NCBI GenBank assembly: GCA_005880985.1
Contig: VBIQ01000008.1
Span: 64,003-128,002, forward strand
Source: Chloroflexota bacterium
Lineage (GTDB): Bacteria; Chloroflexota; Dormibacteria; Aeolococcales; Aeolococcaceae
Reading direction: 5' to 3'
DNA: 64,000 bases
Notes under the pieces: model-generated
What the model was told of the DNA's origin: nothing
The model's database searches: none
What the model saw: the letters and a program-made list of their open reading frames with translations, nothing else
Translations under genes and position numbers: made by a program
In this document: one piece after another, positions 46,910 through 56,548 of the stretch
Layout of the letters: each line of letters opens with the position of its first letter
How positions within the stretch are numbered: the first letter of the stretch is position 1

Positions 46910-47470
46910 ATGCGGGGAGCACCGCGACCACGTGCTCGGCGCGGGCTGGTGCTGGCGGTGGCCGCCGTATCGCTCGGCATCTCCGCCTGCGGCAGCGCCG
47001 CGTCGAGCCCGGCGACCTCGACCGAGGCAACCGCCTTCGTGCTGCCGCGGCTCAACGGGAGCGGCGAGGTCCGCCTCGCCGACCTGCGCGGCCACCCGGT
47101 GGTGGTGAACTTCTTCGCCTCGTGGTGCACCGCCTGCCGGGGGGAGCTTCCCATCCTCGCCGACGTCTCGCGCCGGCTCCGCGGCCGGGTGACCTTCGCC
47201 GGCGTCAACGCCTACGAGAGCGGTGACGGGATGGCGATGGCCCGCAGCTTCGGCATCGACTGGTGGCCGCTGGCCCGCGATGTCGACGGCGCCCAGGACA
47301 GCGGGCTCCACGACAACCTCTTCGCCGGCAAGGCGATGCCCATCACCGCCTTCTACGACGCCACCGGGCGCCTGCTGTACGTCAACCCGGGAGCCCTCAC
47401 CGCGGACGCTCTCCGCGCTGCCCTCGAGCAGTACGCGGGGGTGGCCGTCCAGGCCGACACCACCCTTTAA
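46910..47470 (+). CDS. TlpA-family thiol:disulfide oxidoreductase lipoprotein
   Basis: Signal peptide plus lipobox (LGISACG); thioredoxin motif (VVVNFFASWCTACRGELP). Confidence 0.75.
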   Translation: MRGAPRPRARRGLVLAVAAVSLGISACGSAASSPATSTEATAFVLPRLNGSGEVRLADLRGHPVVVNFFASWCTACRGELPILADVSRRLRGRVTFAGVNAYESGDGMAMARSFGIDWWPLARDVDGAQDSGLHDNLFAGKAMPITAFYDATGRLLYVNPGALTADALRAALEQYAGVAVQADTTL

Positions 47471-47537
47471 GTGATCGTCGCGCTCCGTTGCGCGACCGCG
47501 ACCGGGCCCGAACGGGGCGACCCGTAGGCTCGCCAGG

Positions 47538-49340
47538 ATGGGTGTGTCCGTCGATCTCGAGGGGGGCGGCGGCCGCCTGCCCGCGCCCGGCGGCGCCGCG
47601 GTTCGGACGGCGCTGCGCGAGCTCTCCGCCAGCCGGTACCCGGAGCGTCCCGAGGCGGTTGCCGGTCGCGAGCGCAGCGCCTCTCCCCTGGCCTTCGCCC
47701 TGATGCTTGCCGCCGCGGTCAGCGCGTCGGTCGTCCTCGGCCGCCCCCATCTCTCCGCCGAGGTCTGGCCGCGGCTGGTGCCGGATGCGGTCGCCGTGAT
47801 GGTGGCCACCGTTCTGCTGATGCCGCGAACCGTGCAGCTGCGGGTTCGATTCTGGCTCTGCGGCATCACCGGCACGATCGCCGCCACCGTCGGTGTCTAC
47901 CTGGCCGTGGTGCCGCTGCGCGGCTCGGGCAACGTGACCTCCGATGTGGTGGTGCTCGGCGTCGCCACCGGTATGATCGCCATCCTGCTGACCAAGTGGC
48001 TCGTCGAGGAGCTGCGCTTCCGGGTTGCCCAGCTGGCGACGCTGGCGGGAACCGACCAGCTGACCGGACTGGCCAACCGGCGGGCCTGGGACGACGAGCT
48101 GCAGCGCGAGCTGCTGCGCGCCCGGCGTGACACCTCTCCACTGTGCATCGCCGTCCTCGACCTCGACCACTTCAAGGCGTTCAACGACATGCGCGGACAC
48201 CCGGAGGGCGACCGCCTGCTCGCCGCCACCGCCGCCGCCTGGCTGGAGGTGCTGCGAGGCGGCGACTTCCTGGCCCGCTACGGGGGCGAGGAGTTCGCCG
48301 CGGTCTTCCGGCGCTGCACCCTCGACGACGCGCTGATCGCCGTCGAGCGCCTGCGGATGGCGGTGCCCGACGAGCAGACCTGCTCGGTGGGCCTCGCCCG
48401 ATGGGATGGTGAGGAGACCGCTGACCAGCTGGTGGCCCGCGCCGACGAAGCGCTGTACATGGCGAAGGTCGGCGGCCGCAACCGCGTCAAGTGTGCGGAG
48501 TGGGTCACCGAGACCGGCGGCCGTCTCGGGGTCACCAACTGGGCTGCCCTCGTGCCCAAGATCATCGCGGACGAGGGACTCGTCTCCGCCTACCAGCCGA
48601 TCGTCGACCTCGGCAGCGGCACCGTGGTGGCCCACGAGGCATTGGCGCGGCCCGGCGTGGAGTACGACGGCAGTGTCGAGGGACTCTTCACCGCCGCCCA
48701 CAAGATGGGCATGGGCTGCGACCTCGACTGGCTCTGCCGGCGCGCTGCGCTGGTGGGCTCGGAGTGGATCCCGCAGGGCGTGCCCCTGTTCATCAACGTC
48801 AACGTCTCGACGCTGCTCGACACCAACCTGCGGGTCGACCACATGCTGCTGCTGCTGGAGGGCTACAGCGGCCGGAGCCCGGAGGAGGTGGTGCTGGAGA
48901 TCACCGAGCGCGAGGTGTTCAGCGACCTGGTGCGGTTGCGCCTGGTGGTCGGGCTGTACCGGCAGCGCGGTTTCCGCTTCGCCATCGACGACGTCGGTGA
49001 GGGCCACTCGACCCTCGAGGTGCTTGCCGCGGTCACCCCCGAATACATCAAGATCGCCCGTCCCATGGTTGTCGACGCGCTCAGCGTCGGACCGCGGGCC
49101 GCGGTCGCGGCGGTGGTCGCCTTCGCTCAGGCGAGCGGTTCGACCGTCATCGCCGAGGGAATCGAGTCGGAGCTGACCGCCAGCTTCATGCGGCGCATGG
49201 GCGTCCATCTGGGCCAGGGATTCCACTTCGGCCGTCCGCTGGTACCGGCCGGCACGGCGCTGAACCTGTCGGTGCCGCTGCTGCGTCCGCCCAGCGGCGG
49301 AAGCACAGGCCTGCTAGCCGGCGGCGCCCAGGTGGCCTGA
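47538..49340 (+). CDS. Membrane-anchored GGDEF-EAL protein (c-di-GMP synthesis/hydrolysis)
   Basis: Five N-terminal TM helices; GGDEF active site (RYGGEEF) with Asp/His motifs; EAL domain (VAHEALARP...DDVGEGHSTL). Confidence 0.9.
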   Translation: MGVSVDLEGGGGRLPAPGGAAVRTALRELSASRYPERPEAVAGRERSASPLAFALMLAAAVSASVVLGRPHLSAEVWPRLVPDAVAVMVATVLLMPRTVQLRVRFWLCGITGTIAATVGVYLAVVPLRGSGNVTSDVVVLGVATGMIAILLTKWLVEELRFRVAQLATLAGTDQLTGLANRRAWDDELQRELLRARRDTSPLCIAVLDLDHFKAFNDMRGHPEGDRLLAATAAAWLEVLRGGDFLARYGGEEFAAVFRRCTLDDALIAVERLRMAVPDEQTCSVGLARWDGEETADQLVARADEALYMAKVGGRNRVKCAEWVTETGGRLGVTNWAALVPKIIADEGLVSAYQPIVDLGSGTVVAHEALARPGVEYDGSVEGLFTAAHKMGMGCDLDWLCRRAALVGSEWIPQGVPLFINVNVSTLLDTNLRVDHMLLLLEGYSGRSPEEVVLEITEREVFSDLVRLRLVVGLYRQRGFRFAIDDVGEGHSTLEVLAAVTPEYIKIARPMVVDALSVGPRAAVAAVVAFAQASGSTVIAEGIESELTASFMRRMGVHLGQGFHFGRPLVPAGTALNLSVPLLRPPSGGSTGLLAGGAQVA

Positions 49341-50267
49341 GCCCCCGGCCGGGGCGAGCGCATCCTCTCCCGCGGTCGCCAGCGCCCGGCTGACGTCGGG
49401 GCGGCCCGACCAGCTGAGCACCGTCTCGAGGAAGCGATCGGGGTCCTCGATCTGCGGCGTGTGGCCGAGACCGTCGAGCATGCGGAGGGTCCAGTCGGGA
49501 TGACGGGCAGCGAGCGCCCGGGCTGACACCGGCGACACCAGGCGGTCACGCTCGCCCTGGATGAGCAGGGTGGGGGAGCGGACCGCGCCGGTCAGGCGAA
49601 AGAAGCGCCGGCGGACCAGCAGCATGCGGGTCAGCGAGCGCCCCGCCGCCCGGGTGGCAGGGACGCTCCAGGGCATGGCCGCGCGGTCGCGCGCCGCGGC
49701 CGCGAATGCCTGCACCACCTCGTCGGACAGGCGGCTGGGATCGCCGAAGCACATCGTCAGCGTCTCGCGGACCAGCCGTTCGGCGGCCACCGTGCGCATC
49801 CGCCGCTGCATCAGCCGCAGGCCCAGCAGTGGGATGCCGTACACCACTCCCATCCGCACCACCTGGGGGTCGAGCCTGGCACCGCGCGCATGGGGAACGG
49901 CCGGGTCGACGAGGACCAGGGCGGCCACGTGCTCGGGACGCAGCGCGGCCTCCAGCAGAGAGATCAGCCCACCCATCGAGTTGCCGACAAGAATGGCAGG
50001 TACACCGGAGACCTCGAGCAGGAAGCGGTCGAGAAGGGCGCGGTTGGCGGGGATGGTGGCCCGGGTCGGCGGTATCGCCGGCGTATGCCCGAAGCCGGCC
50101 AGGTCGAGCGCGAAGACTCGGAAGTCCCGGGTCAGTGCTGGGGCGACGTACATCCAGTCGGCGTGCGAGCCACCGAGTCCGTGGACCAGCACCAGGCGTG
50201 GTCCCTGCCCGCCGTGATCGACGGCGTGGACCTCGACACCCAGGTCGACGGTGAAGCTGCGCATCAT
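49314..50267 (-). CDS. Alpha/beta-fold hydrolase
   Basis: HGLGGS oxyanion region and GNSMGG nucleophile elbow; ATGA-coupled to the upstream lipoprotein gene. Confidence 0.8.
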   Translation of the reverse strand: MMRSFTVDLGVEVHAVDHGGQGPRLVLVHGLGGSHADWMYVAPALTRDFRVFALDLAGFGHTPAIPPTRATIPANRALLDRFLLEVSGVPAILVGNSMGGLISLLEAALRPEHVAALVLVDPAVPHARGARLDPQVVRMGVVYGIPLLGLRLMQRRMRTVAAERLVRETLTMCFGDPSRLSDEVVQAFAAAARDRAAMPWSVPATRAAGRSLTRMLLVRRRFFRLTGAVRSPTLLIQGERDRLVSPVSARALAARHPDWTLRMLDGLGHTPQIEDPDRFLETVLSWSGRPDVSRALATAGEDALAPAGGSGHLGAAG

Positions 50268-51172
50268 CCGGTGGCGACGTCGACGGCGGGGACGTGGCCG
50301 GCGAGGGTGCCGTCCGCCGCCGATCGCAGCTCACCGATGGTCACCGGACCCTCGAAGCGGTCGGCGACGACCCCCTGGGCGTTGACGAAGTAGACCCACG
50401 GCTCACTCTGGAACCCGAAGGCAGTGAACACCGGGTTCTCCGGCGCCTTGCCGGTGGGGCCGGCGGGGAAGTTGACCTCGATGTGCTCGAAGAGCAGCTT
50501 GTCGCAGTACTGGGCGCAGAGCTTCTCCAGCACCTGCACGGTGGGCCCGCAGGTCTGCGTCTGGCAGAAACCCGGTTGACCGAAGTAGAGAACCATCGGG
50601 CGGTGTTGCGCCAGCCCATCGGCGATGGTGGCGGTGTGCCAGTCGTCGGGCTTGGGGACCCCGCTGTCGAGCTGGGCCAGGGTCACGCCGGGCTCACCGA
50701 GGATGTGCTGGCGTGCCGCGGGGACCTGGAAGCCGACGGGGAGGCTGGGCGACTTGGTGGTGACATCGACGTTGGCCTGGCCGGTGGCGTGGACCCCGCC
50801 GGGCAGCGTCGCGTCGATGACGTAGCGGTAGCGTCCCGCGGCGGGGAATCGCGCCGTGCCCAGATAGACGGGAATGGAGCCGTACTCGGGGCCGATGTAC
50901 TCGAGCGGCCGCTGCTCGGGCACCGCCGCGCCGGGTCCGTCGATGGTCAGGGTGACCCCGGTGGCACCGTTCACTGCCTTGCGGTCGGAGCTGAAGAGGG
51001 CGACGCCGACGCGGTCGAGACCGACCAGCAGCATCGAGTTCTGCGCCTCGACCACGAGGAAGCCCGGCACCGCCGACGCGGTGGACGACGAGGCGATGTT
51101 GCTCTCGCCACACGCGACCGCGGCCAGGGCGGCGGCGGCGAGGACGGCTGTCAGAGTGGCGCGGACGCGCAT
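50264..51172 (-). CDS. Lipoprotein of unknown function (start chosen at MRVRATLTAV...)
   Basis: Signal peptide with lipobox (LAAVACG); C-terminal CxxxxC (FCQTQTCGP) hints at a thioredoxin-like fold. Confidence 0.5.
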   Translation of the reverse strand: MRVRATLTAVLAAAALAAVACGESNIASSSTASAVPGFLVVEAQNSMLLVGLDRVGVALFSSDRKAVNGATGVTLTIDGPGAAVPEQRPLEYIGPEYGSIPVYLGTARFPAAGRYRYVIDATLPGGVHATGQANVDVTTKSPSLPVGFQVPAARQHILGEPGVTLAQLDSGVPKPDDWHTATIADGLAQHRPMVLYFGQPGFCQTQTCGPTVQVLEKLCAQYCDKLLFEHIEVNFPAGPTGKAPENPVFTAFGFQSEPWVYFVNAQGVVADRFEGPVTIGELRSAADGTLAGHVPAVDVATG

Positions 51173-51443
51173 TGTGTCGGGTGTCCTTCCGGGCTGAACC
51201 GGCGGCGAGTATAGCGACGGGCTTGGCGGCGGCCTCGATGCCCGCCACCTGTGACTCAGTACCCCGGGGGGTGACACCGCCGCTCGGCGCCGCTCGTCAT
51301 GCCGCTGCTCAGCCCTGCTCGCGGCGGCTATGCCAGCTCCCCTGTTGTGGCCAATGCTTTCCGCAACGTCGGCGCCGGGACGCCGAGCCGGCCGGCTGAT
51401 CGCTGATTTCGAGGGGCGTCAGCCGGCCGGGCTCGGCGTTTAG

Positions 51444-51815
51444 CTACCGCTTGGCGTAGTCGGCGATGCCCTGCCAGTCGACGACGACGCAGCGGTCGCC
51501 GCCAACCACCCAGGCATCGTGGCCCGGGGGCACGATCATCAGGTCGCCGGTACCGAACTCCTCCTGCGACCCGTCGTCCATCACCACCTTCATCCGCCCG
51601 GAGACGACGTACCCCATGTGGGCGCCCTGACAGCTGTTGGTCTTGGCGATGGGCTTGACGTGCTCGGACCAGCGCCATCCTGGCTCGAAGGTGGCCCGGC
51701 CGACCGGCCCGGTATCGGCGTTCACCAGCTCGAGCTTGCCTTTGCCCTGCTCGAAGGGCCGGGTCTCCTCGGGAGAGTCGAAGCTCTTGCGAACCATCTT
51801 GACTGCTGCGGCCAT
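51444..51815 (-). CDS. Cupin-domain protein
   Basis: 123-aa product with a cupin motif pair (GAHMGYVVSG...MIVPPGHDAWVVGG). Confidence 0.75.
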   Translation of the reverse strand: MAAAVKMVRKSFDSPEETRPFEQGKGKLELVNADTGPVGRATFEPGWRWSEHVKPIAKTNSCQGAHMGYVVSGRMKVVMDDGSQEEFGTGDLMIVPPGHDAWVVGGDRCVVVDWQGIADYAKR

Positions 51816-51890
51816 GACTGCCCTCCTCGCGAACCGGCGATCGAGGGGCGCGCCCCCTCGGCCGCATGGTAGCCGCCCGGGACGTCCCGC

Positions 51891-54713
51891 TCAATGGCCC
51901 CGGCGTTCGAGACGGACCTGGCCGGAACGCCGGGCCACGGACGCTGCCAGCTGCACCCGCGAGCTGACGCCGAGCTTGGTGAAGACGTGGGAGAGGTGGG
52001 TCTCCACGGTGCGGCGGGAGACGAAGAGGCGCGCTCCGATCTCGGGGTTGGTGAGCCCCTGGGCGGCGAGCCGTACCACCTCGCGCTCGGCGGGGGTCAG
52101 GCTCTCCCAGCCGTGCGCGGCGCGGGCATGGCGGCCGCGCGGCCCCGGATGGGCGCCCAGCTCTCGCAGCATCGCCGCCGCCTCCGCCTCGTCGCGACGT
52201 GCCCCGATGCGTCCGAAGATCGACCGCGCCTCCTCGGCCATGGCGACGGCTTCGTCGCGCCGGTCCCTGGCCGCGAGCACCGTGGCGGCGTCGCGACAGG
52301 TGGCCGCCAGGTCCACCCGGCGCGGGGTGCTCAGGTACGCGTCCACCGCGCGTTGCATCAGTGACGGGTCGCGCTCGGCCAGGCCGCGGCAGCGCAGCGC
52401 CGCCGCCCGGGCGCTCGGGATCATGGCGCGGGCCGCCGTGCGGTCGACGGCGGTCAGCACCCGCCCGACCAGGGCCCGGTCCGCGGTCGACCCCGAGAGC
52501 CGGATCAGCGGCGGCCCCAGCATCAGCTGGACCGAGAGGGCCTCCAGCGCCGTGGCGCACAACCACCCCCTCTGCACGATCTCCAGGGCCCGGTCGCGCT
52601 CGCCTCGCGCCTCCGCGAGCGCAGCCTGGGCCATCGCCAGCCACTCCCACCCGAATTCACGGGGCTCGTCGGTGCCGAAGGCGCGCTCGGCGTGGCGGAG
52701 GTGGGCGGTGGCGCCGTCGAGCTCGTCGCGGTGGACGGCGATCAGTGCGAGCCGGGCGAGGATGTGGGGCACCGACCAGCGCGTTTCCACCTGCTCAGCG
52801 ACGAGCAGGCCGGCCTCGAGCTCGGCGACGGCATCGTCCCACGCCCCCACGAGGAAGTCGGCGTGGGCCTGGACCGGGTCGTGGAGGGCGAGATGCCAGC
52901 TTCGCTCGCCCTGGTTTGCGGTTCGACGGCTCGCCGCCAGCGCCTGGCGGGCCTCGTCGATGCGGCCCGCCTCCGCCAGCAGCCATCCGTGCCAGACGTG
53001 CGGGGTGCGGCCGAGCGTCTCGTCCCCGCCCGCCTGGGCGAGGGCCACGGCCCGGGCGGAGAGCTCGACCGCCTTGGCCGTGTAGCCGCGGCCGGCGGCG
53101 GTGATCGACAGCGCCAGCAGGCCGGTGGACACCGCCCGGGCGTCGCGGACCCCCGCCCCGATGAGCACCGCCGTCTCGGCGGCGCGAGAGGCGCCGGGCA
53201 GATCGCAGCCCAGGGCAAGCACCAGAGCGGCCTGGGCCAGCAGCTGGGCCCGTCGCGGCTCCGGGGTCTCGTCGCGCGCCGCGATCAGCGAGAACTGCTC
53301 TGCCGCCTCCTGCCAGCGCCCCAGGAAGGCCAGGGCGCGGGCCAGCACCAGCCGGGCCCTTTCCTCGGGGCCGCCCGGTGCCGCTCCCTCCAGCAGGGCG
53401 CGCGCCGCCAGCTCGCCCTCGCGGGGCCTGCCCGCCCAGACCAGGACGTCGGCCTCGTCGAGCCGCAGCGCCCGCTGGTCGCGGTAGCCGGTGCCGGCCA
53501 GCCGTGAGGCGCTGGCGATCAGCTCGCGGGCGGCCGCGGGTGCCTGGGCCGACGCCTCAAGTGCCGCCTGGCGCAGCCAGCCGACGGTCTCCTCGTCACC
53601 CGGCTCGGCTCCCAAGGCCAGCTGGGTCGCAACCCGCCAGGCCGGGGCGTGGCGGGCAGCCAGGGCACGCCCCGCTTGGAGGTGGAGGGCGGTGCGCAAC
53701 GGGGGTGGCTGCTCCAGGTAGACGAGCTCGCGGACCACCGGGTGCCGGAAGGCATAGCGTTCGCCCTTCTCGACGATCAGGCCGAGACGGGCCGCCTCCT
53801 CGAGCGCCGGGGCCAGCTCGACGGCAGGCGTGGCGAGCACCGCCGCCAGGTCATCGACGGGGAAGCTCGAACCCAGCAGCGAGGCCGCCTTGAGAACCGC
53901 GAGATGCTGGCGATCGAGGGTTCGCAGCCGCCGGCGCATCAGCCCGCGAAGGCGTCGAGGCAGCGTGGGCCTGCCCATCAGCTCGGCAACCCCGTCGGCG
54001 ACCTCGACGGCACCGTCGTCGCGCAGGCCGTTGACCAGCTCGGTGACCAGCAGCGGGTCGCCGCCGGCGCCCAAAACCTGTTCCAGCAGGCGAGGACCCG
54101 GCTCGGTGCCGACCATCACCCGCACCAGGTCCACCACCGCGGCCGCGTCGAGTGGCGCCAGCTCGATGATCGTCGCCCCCGCGCTGCCGGCGGCGGCCGC
54201 GAACGCGGCCAGCTCCGGGGACGGCGCCGAGGCTCGGAAGGCAGCGAGGATGAGAAGCCGCCTGGCCTCCGCCCGTCTCCCCAAGCGGTCCAGCGCCAGC
54301 AGGGTGCCGGGGTCGGCCCGGTCGAGGTCGTCGAGGGCGATGGCCACCGCGGCGCGACCCGCCAGGCGGTCGACGTGAGCGATCAGGCCGTTGATGAGCC
54401 GGGCGCGCCCGGCCTCCGACCCCGGGGACCGATCGGCGAGCCCGGCGAGGGTCGGGTCGCCGGCTGCGTCCGCGACGCCCAGGGCGTCGAGCAGCGCCCC
54501 ACAGGGGCGGCCCGCCTCGGCCACGCCGGCGCCGGCGGAGAAGACCTGGCAGCCGCATCGCCTGGCCTCGGCGACGCCCTCCTCGAGCAGGCGGGTCTTG
54601 CCCACGCCGGGCTCTCCCTCGATGAGCACCATCTGGCCGCGCCCGGTGCCGGCGTCGGCGACCGCGCCGCGGAGAATGGCCATCTCGCGGTCACGGCCCA
54701 GCAAGGCCTGCAT
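51891..54713 (-). CDS. Large ATP-binding LuxR-family transcriptional regulator (AAA+/STAND-like NTPase, TPR-like middle region, C-terminal LuxR HTH)
   Basis: Walker A (IEGEPGVGKTRLLEE); long helical repeat region; C-terminal LuxR HTH (LTPAEREVVRLAAQGLTNPEIGARLFVSRRTVETHLSHVFTKLGV). Confidence 0.9.
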   Translation of the reverse strand: MQALLGRDREMAILRGAVADAGTGRGQMVLIEGEPGVGKTRLLEEGVAEARRCGCQVFSAGAGVAEAGRPCGALLDALGVADAAGDPTLAGLADRSPGSEAGRARLINGLIAHVDRLAGRAAVAIALDDLDRADPGTLLALDRLGRRAEARRLLILAAFRASAPSPELAAFAAAAGSAGATIIELAPLDAAAVVDLVRVMVGTEPGPRLLEQVLGAGGDPLLVTELVNGLRDDGAVEVADGVAELMGRPTLPRRLRGLMRRRLRTLDRQHLAVLKAASLLGSSFPVDDLAAVLATPAVELAPALEEAARLGLIVEKGERYAFRHPVVRELVYLEQPPPLRTALHLQAGRALAARHAPAWRVATQLALGAEPGDEETVGWLRQAALEASAQAPAAARELIASASRLAGTGYRDQRALRLDEADVLVWAGRPREGELAARALLEGAAPGGPEERARLVLARALAFLGRWQEAAEQFSLIAARDETPEPRRAQLLAQAALVLALGCDLPGASRAAETAVLIGAGVRDARAVSTGLLALSITAAGRGYTAKAVELSARAVALAQAGGDETLGRTPHVWHGWLLAEAGRIDEARQALAASRRTANQGERSWHLALHDPVQAHADFLVGAWDDAVAELEAGLLVAEQVETRWSVPHILARLALIAVHRDELDGATAHLRHAERAFGTDEPREFGWEWLAMAQAALAEARGERDRALEIVQRGWLCATALEALSVQLMLGPPLIRLSGSTADRALVGRVLTAVDRTAARAMIPSARAAALRCRGLAERDPSLMQRAVDAYLSTPRRVDLAATCRDAATVLAARDRRDEAVAMAEEARSIFGRIGARRDEAEAAAMLRELGAHPGPRGRHARAAHGWESLTPAEREVVRLAAQGLTNPEIGARLFVSRRTVETHLSHVFTKLGVSSRVQLAASVARRSGQVRLERRGH

Positions 54714-54950
54714 GCGAACCCCTTCCGTGGCGGTCCAAGCGATCCCGTCGAGCCGCCTGGGATCCGCCCAGCATATCCGGTAGGTCCCTGATGTCTGAAA
54801 CGGTGAGAAGCGCGACCATCAACGTCGAGCGACGCACCGAGGCGGGGTGGCACTCGAGGCGGGGCAGCCAGGCCCCCGGGCGGGGGGGGAATCGACGCCC
54901 CGGGAGGGGTCTGTTCGCCCGCCTATGTCGACGGCGGGCGATGTGGCAGA

Positions 54951-55271
54951 ATGGTGGTCTTCCCCGTCCCCCATTCCGCGGTCTCATTCATGGATCTCGA
55001 GACGGGCGCCGCCCTCGAGGGCGAAGAGCCCCGCGATGCCACCGCTCGCGATGTCGAGTACTGGCTCAGCATCTATGACGGCCTGCTCTCCTTCACCGAG
55101 GAGATGCTGCAGCGCACGCGCGACTTCATGCGAGAAGCGCCGATGCCGGCTCGCCGGCACCTCGAGACGACCAACGTTCGGATCATGGAGGAGGAGCTGG
55201 CCCAGTTCCGGGCGCGCCTCGACTACTGGCGGCAGCAGCGCGACGAGGCTCGGGGCCAGGCTCAATCCTGA
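54951..55271 (+). CDS. Small hypothetical protein A (about 93-106 aa), paralogous to the convergent neighbour
   Basis: Strong GC3 bias; shares motifs with 55286-55603 (EYWLSIY / EHWVSSY and FRARLDYWRQQ / YRARLEYWKNK). Confidence 0.5.
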   Translation: MVVFPVPHSAVSFMDLETGAALEGEEPRDATARDVEYWLSIYDGLLSFTEEMLQRTRDFMREAPMPARRHLETTNVRIMEEELAQFRARLDYWRQQRDEARGQAQS

Positions 55272-55285
55272 CGACCCGACGACGG

Positions 55286-55603
55286 TCAGCGATGGCCGCC
55301 GGCGGGTGGCTCCCTGACCTTGTTCTTCCAGTACTCGAGGCGCGCGCGATAGCGGAGCAACTGGTTGCGCAGCAGCCGCTCGTCCGCAGACATCGCTCGC
55401 CCGCCGGCGGCCGGCATCACCTTCAGCGCCCTTCCCGACCCGAGCAGGACCTCGTTCTTGTAGGCGATGCGGTCGCGATAGCTGGAGACCCAGTGCTCGG
55501 CTTGGGATGCGCCCGCGATGACAAACGCATCGCTGCTCCTGCCAGCCGGTGGGCGCCGCGACGTGGAGTCGTCGCCGCCCATGACGTACGGTCGTCGAAC
55601 CAC
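55286..55603 (-). CDS. Small hypothetical protein B (about 98-105 aa), paralog of protein A
   Basis: Strong GC3 bias on the reverse strand; conserved blocks shared with protein A; convergent with it (14-bp gap). Confidence 0.5.
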   Translation of the reverse strand: MVRRPYVMGGDDSTSRRPPAGRSSDAFVIAGASQAEHWVSSYRDRIAYKNEVLLGSGRALKVMPAAGGRAMSADERLLRNQLLRYRARLEYWKNKVREPPAGGHR

Positions 55604-55722
55604 GCTTCCGTTCCCTCGCAGCCGCAGCCGGCGCTACTCGAACCGGCAAGCACTCCCCCGTCCTTCGATCATACCCTCATGCCGCCGCGAGATACGAGAG
55701 AACCGCGGGGTTCATCGCTCCG

Positions 55723-56496
55723 GTGACCAACCATGCTCGTGCCGGCTGCGCGACCGCGCTGGTGCTCGCGACCGGCATCGTCGCCGGCTGCGGCGGTTCG
55801 GCGGGCGCGCTGTCAGCGCCACCAGCACAACCGCCGTCGGCCTCGCCCTCCGGGCCGGCTCCGTCGGGCGTCCCCGCGACCGCTGAACCATCAAGCGCGT
55901 CGTTCACCGTCGCCGTCCGTCCCTTTCACGAGCCGGGCGATTTCGCCCACCGCAACTACTGCGGATCGGGCGCCACCGAGGTGCTGCTGTCGGCGTGGAT
56001 CGCCGAGCTCCCCGACCTCGAGACCGTGGCCCGGCGCGCCCACCTGGATCCGCGGAGCGGCCAGACCGGCGCCGACACCACCGCCGGCATCAACTCGTTC
56101 ATCGACCCGCTTGTCACCCCCGCCCTCGGACGCAGCTGGTACCGGCCCGACCATGTCACCGGCATCGCCGCGCTGGAGGCACGGCTGCGCGCCGACCTCG
56201 GCAGCACCCAGGCGCGGCGCCTCTTCGGCCATGCCGTGCCGGTGATGGTGCAGACCATGACCAAGACCATGCCCGGCTGGCGCGGCTGGCAGGCGACCCA
56301 CATGATCACCGTCTCGGCCGCCGACCTCGGTCCCGGCGACCCTGGCCTGGACACCGTGACCTACGCCGAGACGCCGTCGGCGCTGGCGGGGTACCGGGGC
56401 CCCGACTTCCAGACGATGACGGTGGCGGCCCTCTGGCAGGCGATGCACGCCTTCCTGGCCGACGACCCCTCAGATCCGGTCAACGTCATCTGGTGA
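55723..56496 (+). CDS. Lipoprotein of unknown function
   Basis: Signal peptide plus lipobox ([11 protein letters not shown]), Pro/Ser-rich linker, about 190-aa globular domain with no recognised motifs; immediately upstream of the hybrid kinase. Confidence 0.6.
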   Translation: MTNHARAGCATALVLATGIVAGCGGSAGALSAPPAQPPSASPSGPAPSGVPATAEPSSASFTVAVRPFHEPGDFAHRNYCGSGATEVLLSAWIAELPDLETVARRAHLDPRSGQTGADTTAGINSFIDPLVTPALGRSWYRPDHVTGIAALEARLRADLGSTQARRLFGHAVPVMVQTMTKTMPGWRGWQATHMITVSAADLGPGDPGLDTVTYAETPSALAGYRGPDFQTMTVAALWQAMHAFLADDPSDPVNVIW

Positions 56497-56548
56497 CGTT
56501 ACCGACGAGTTGGTGGAGTTTGGCTTCTGAGGTAGTACATTCCCCCCG

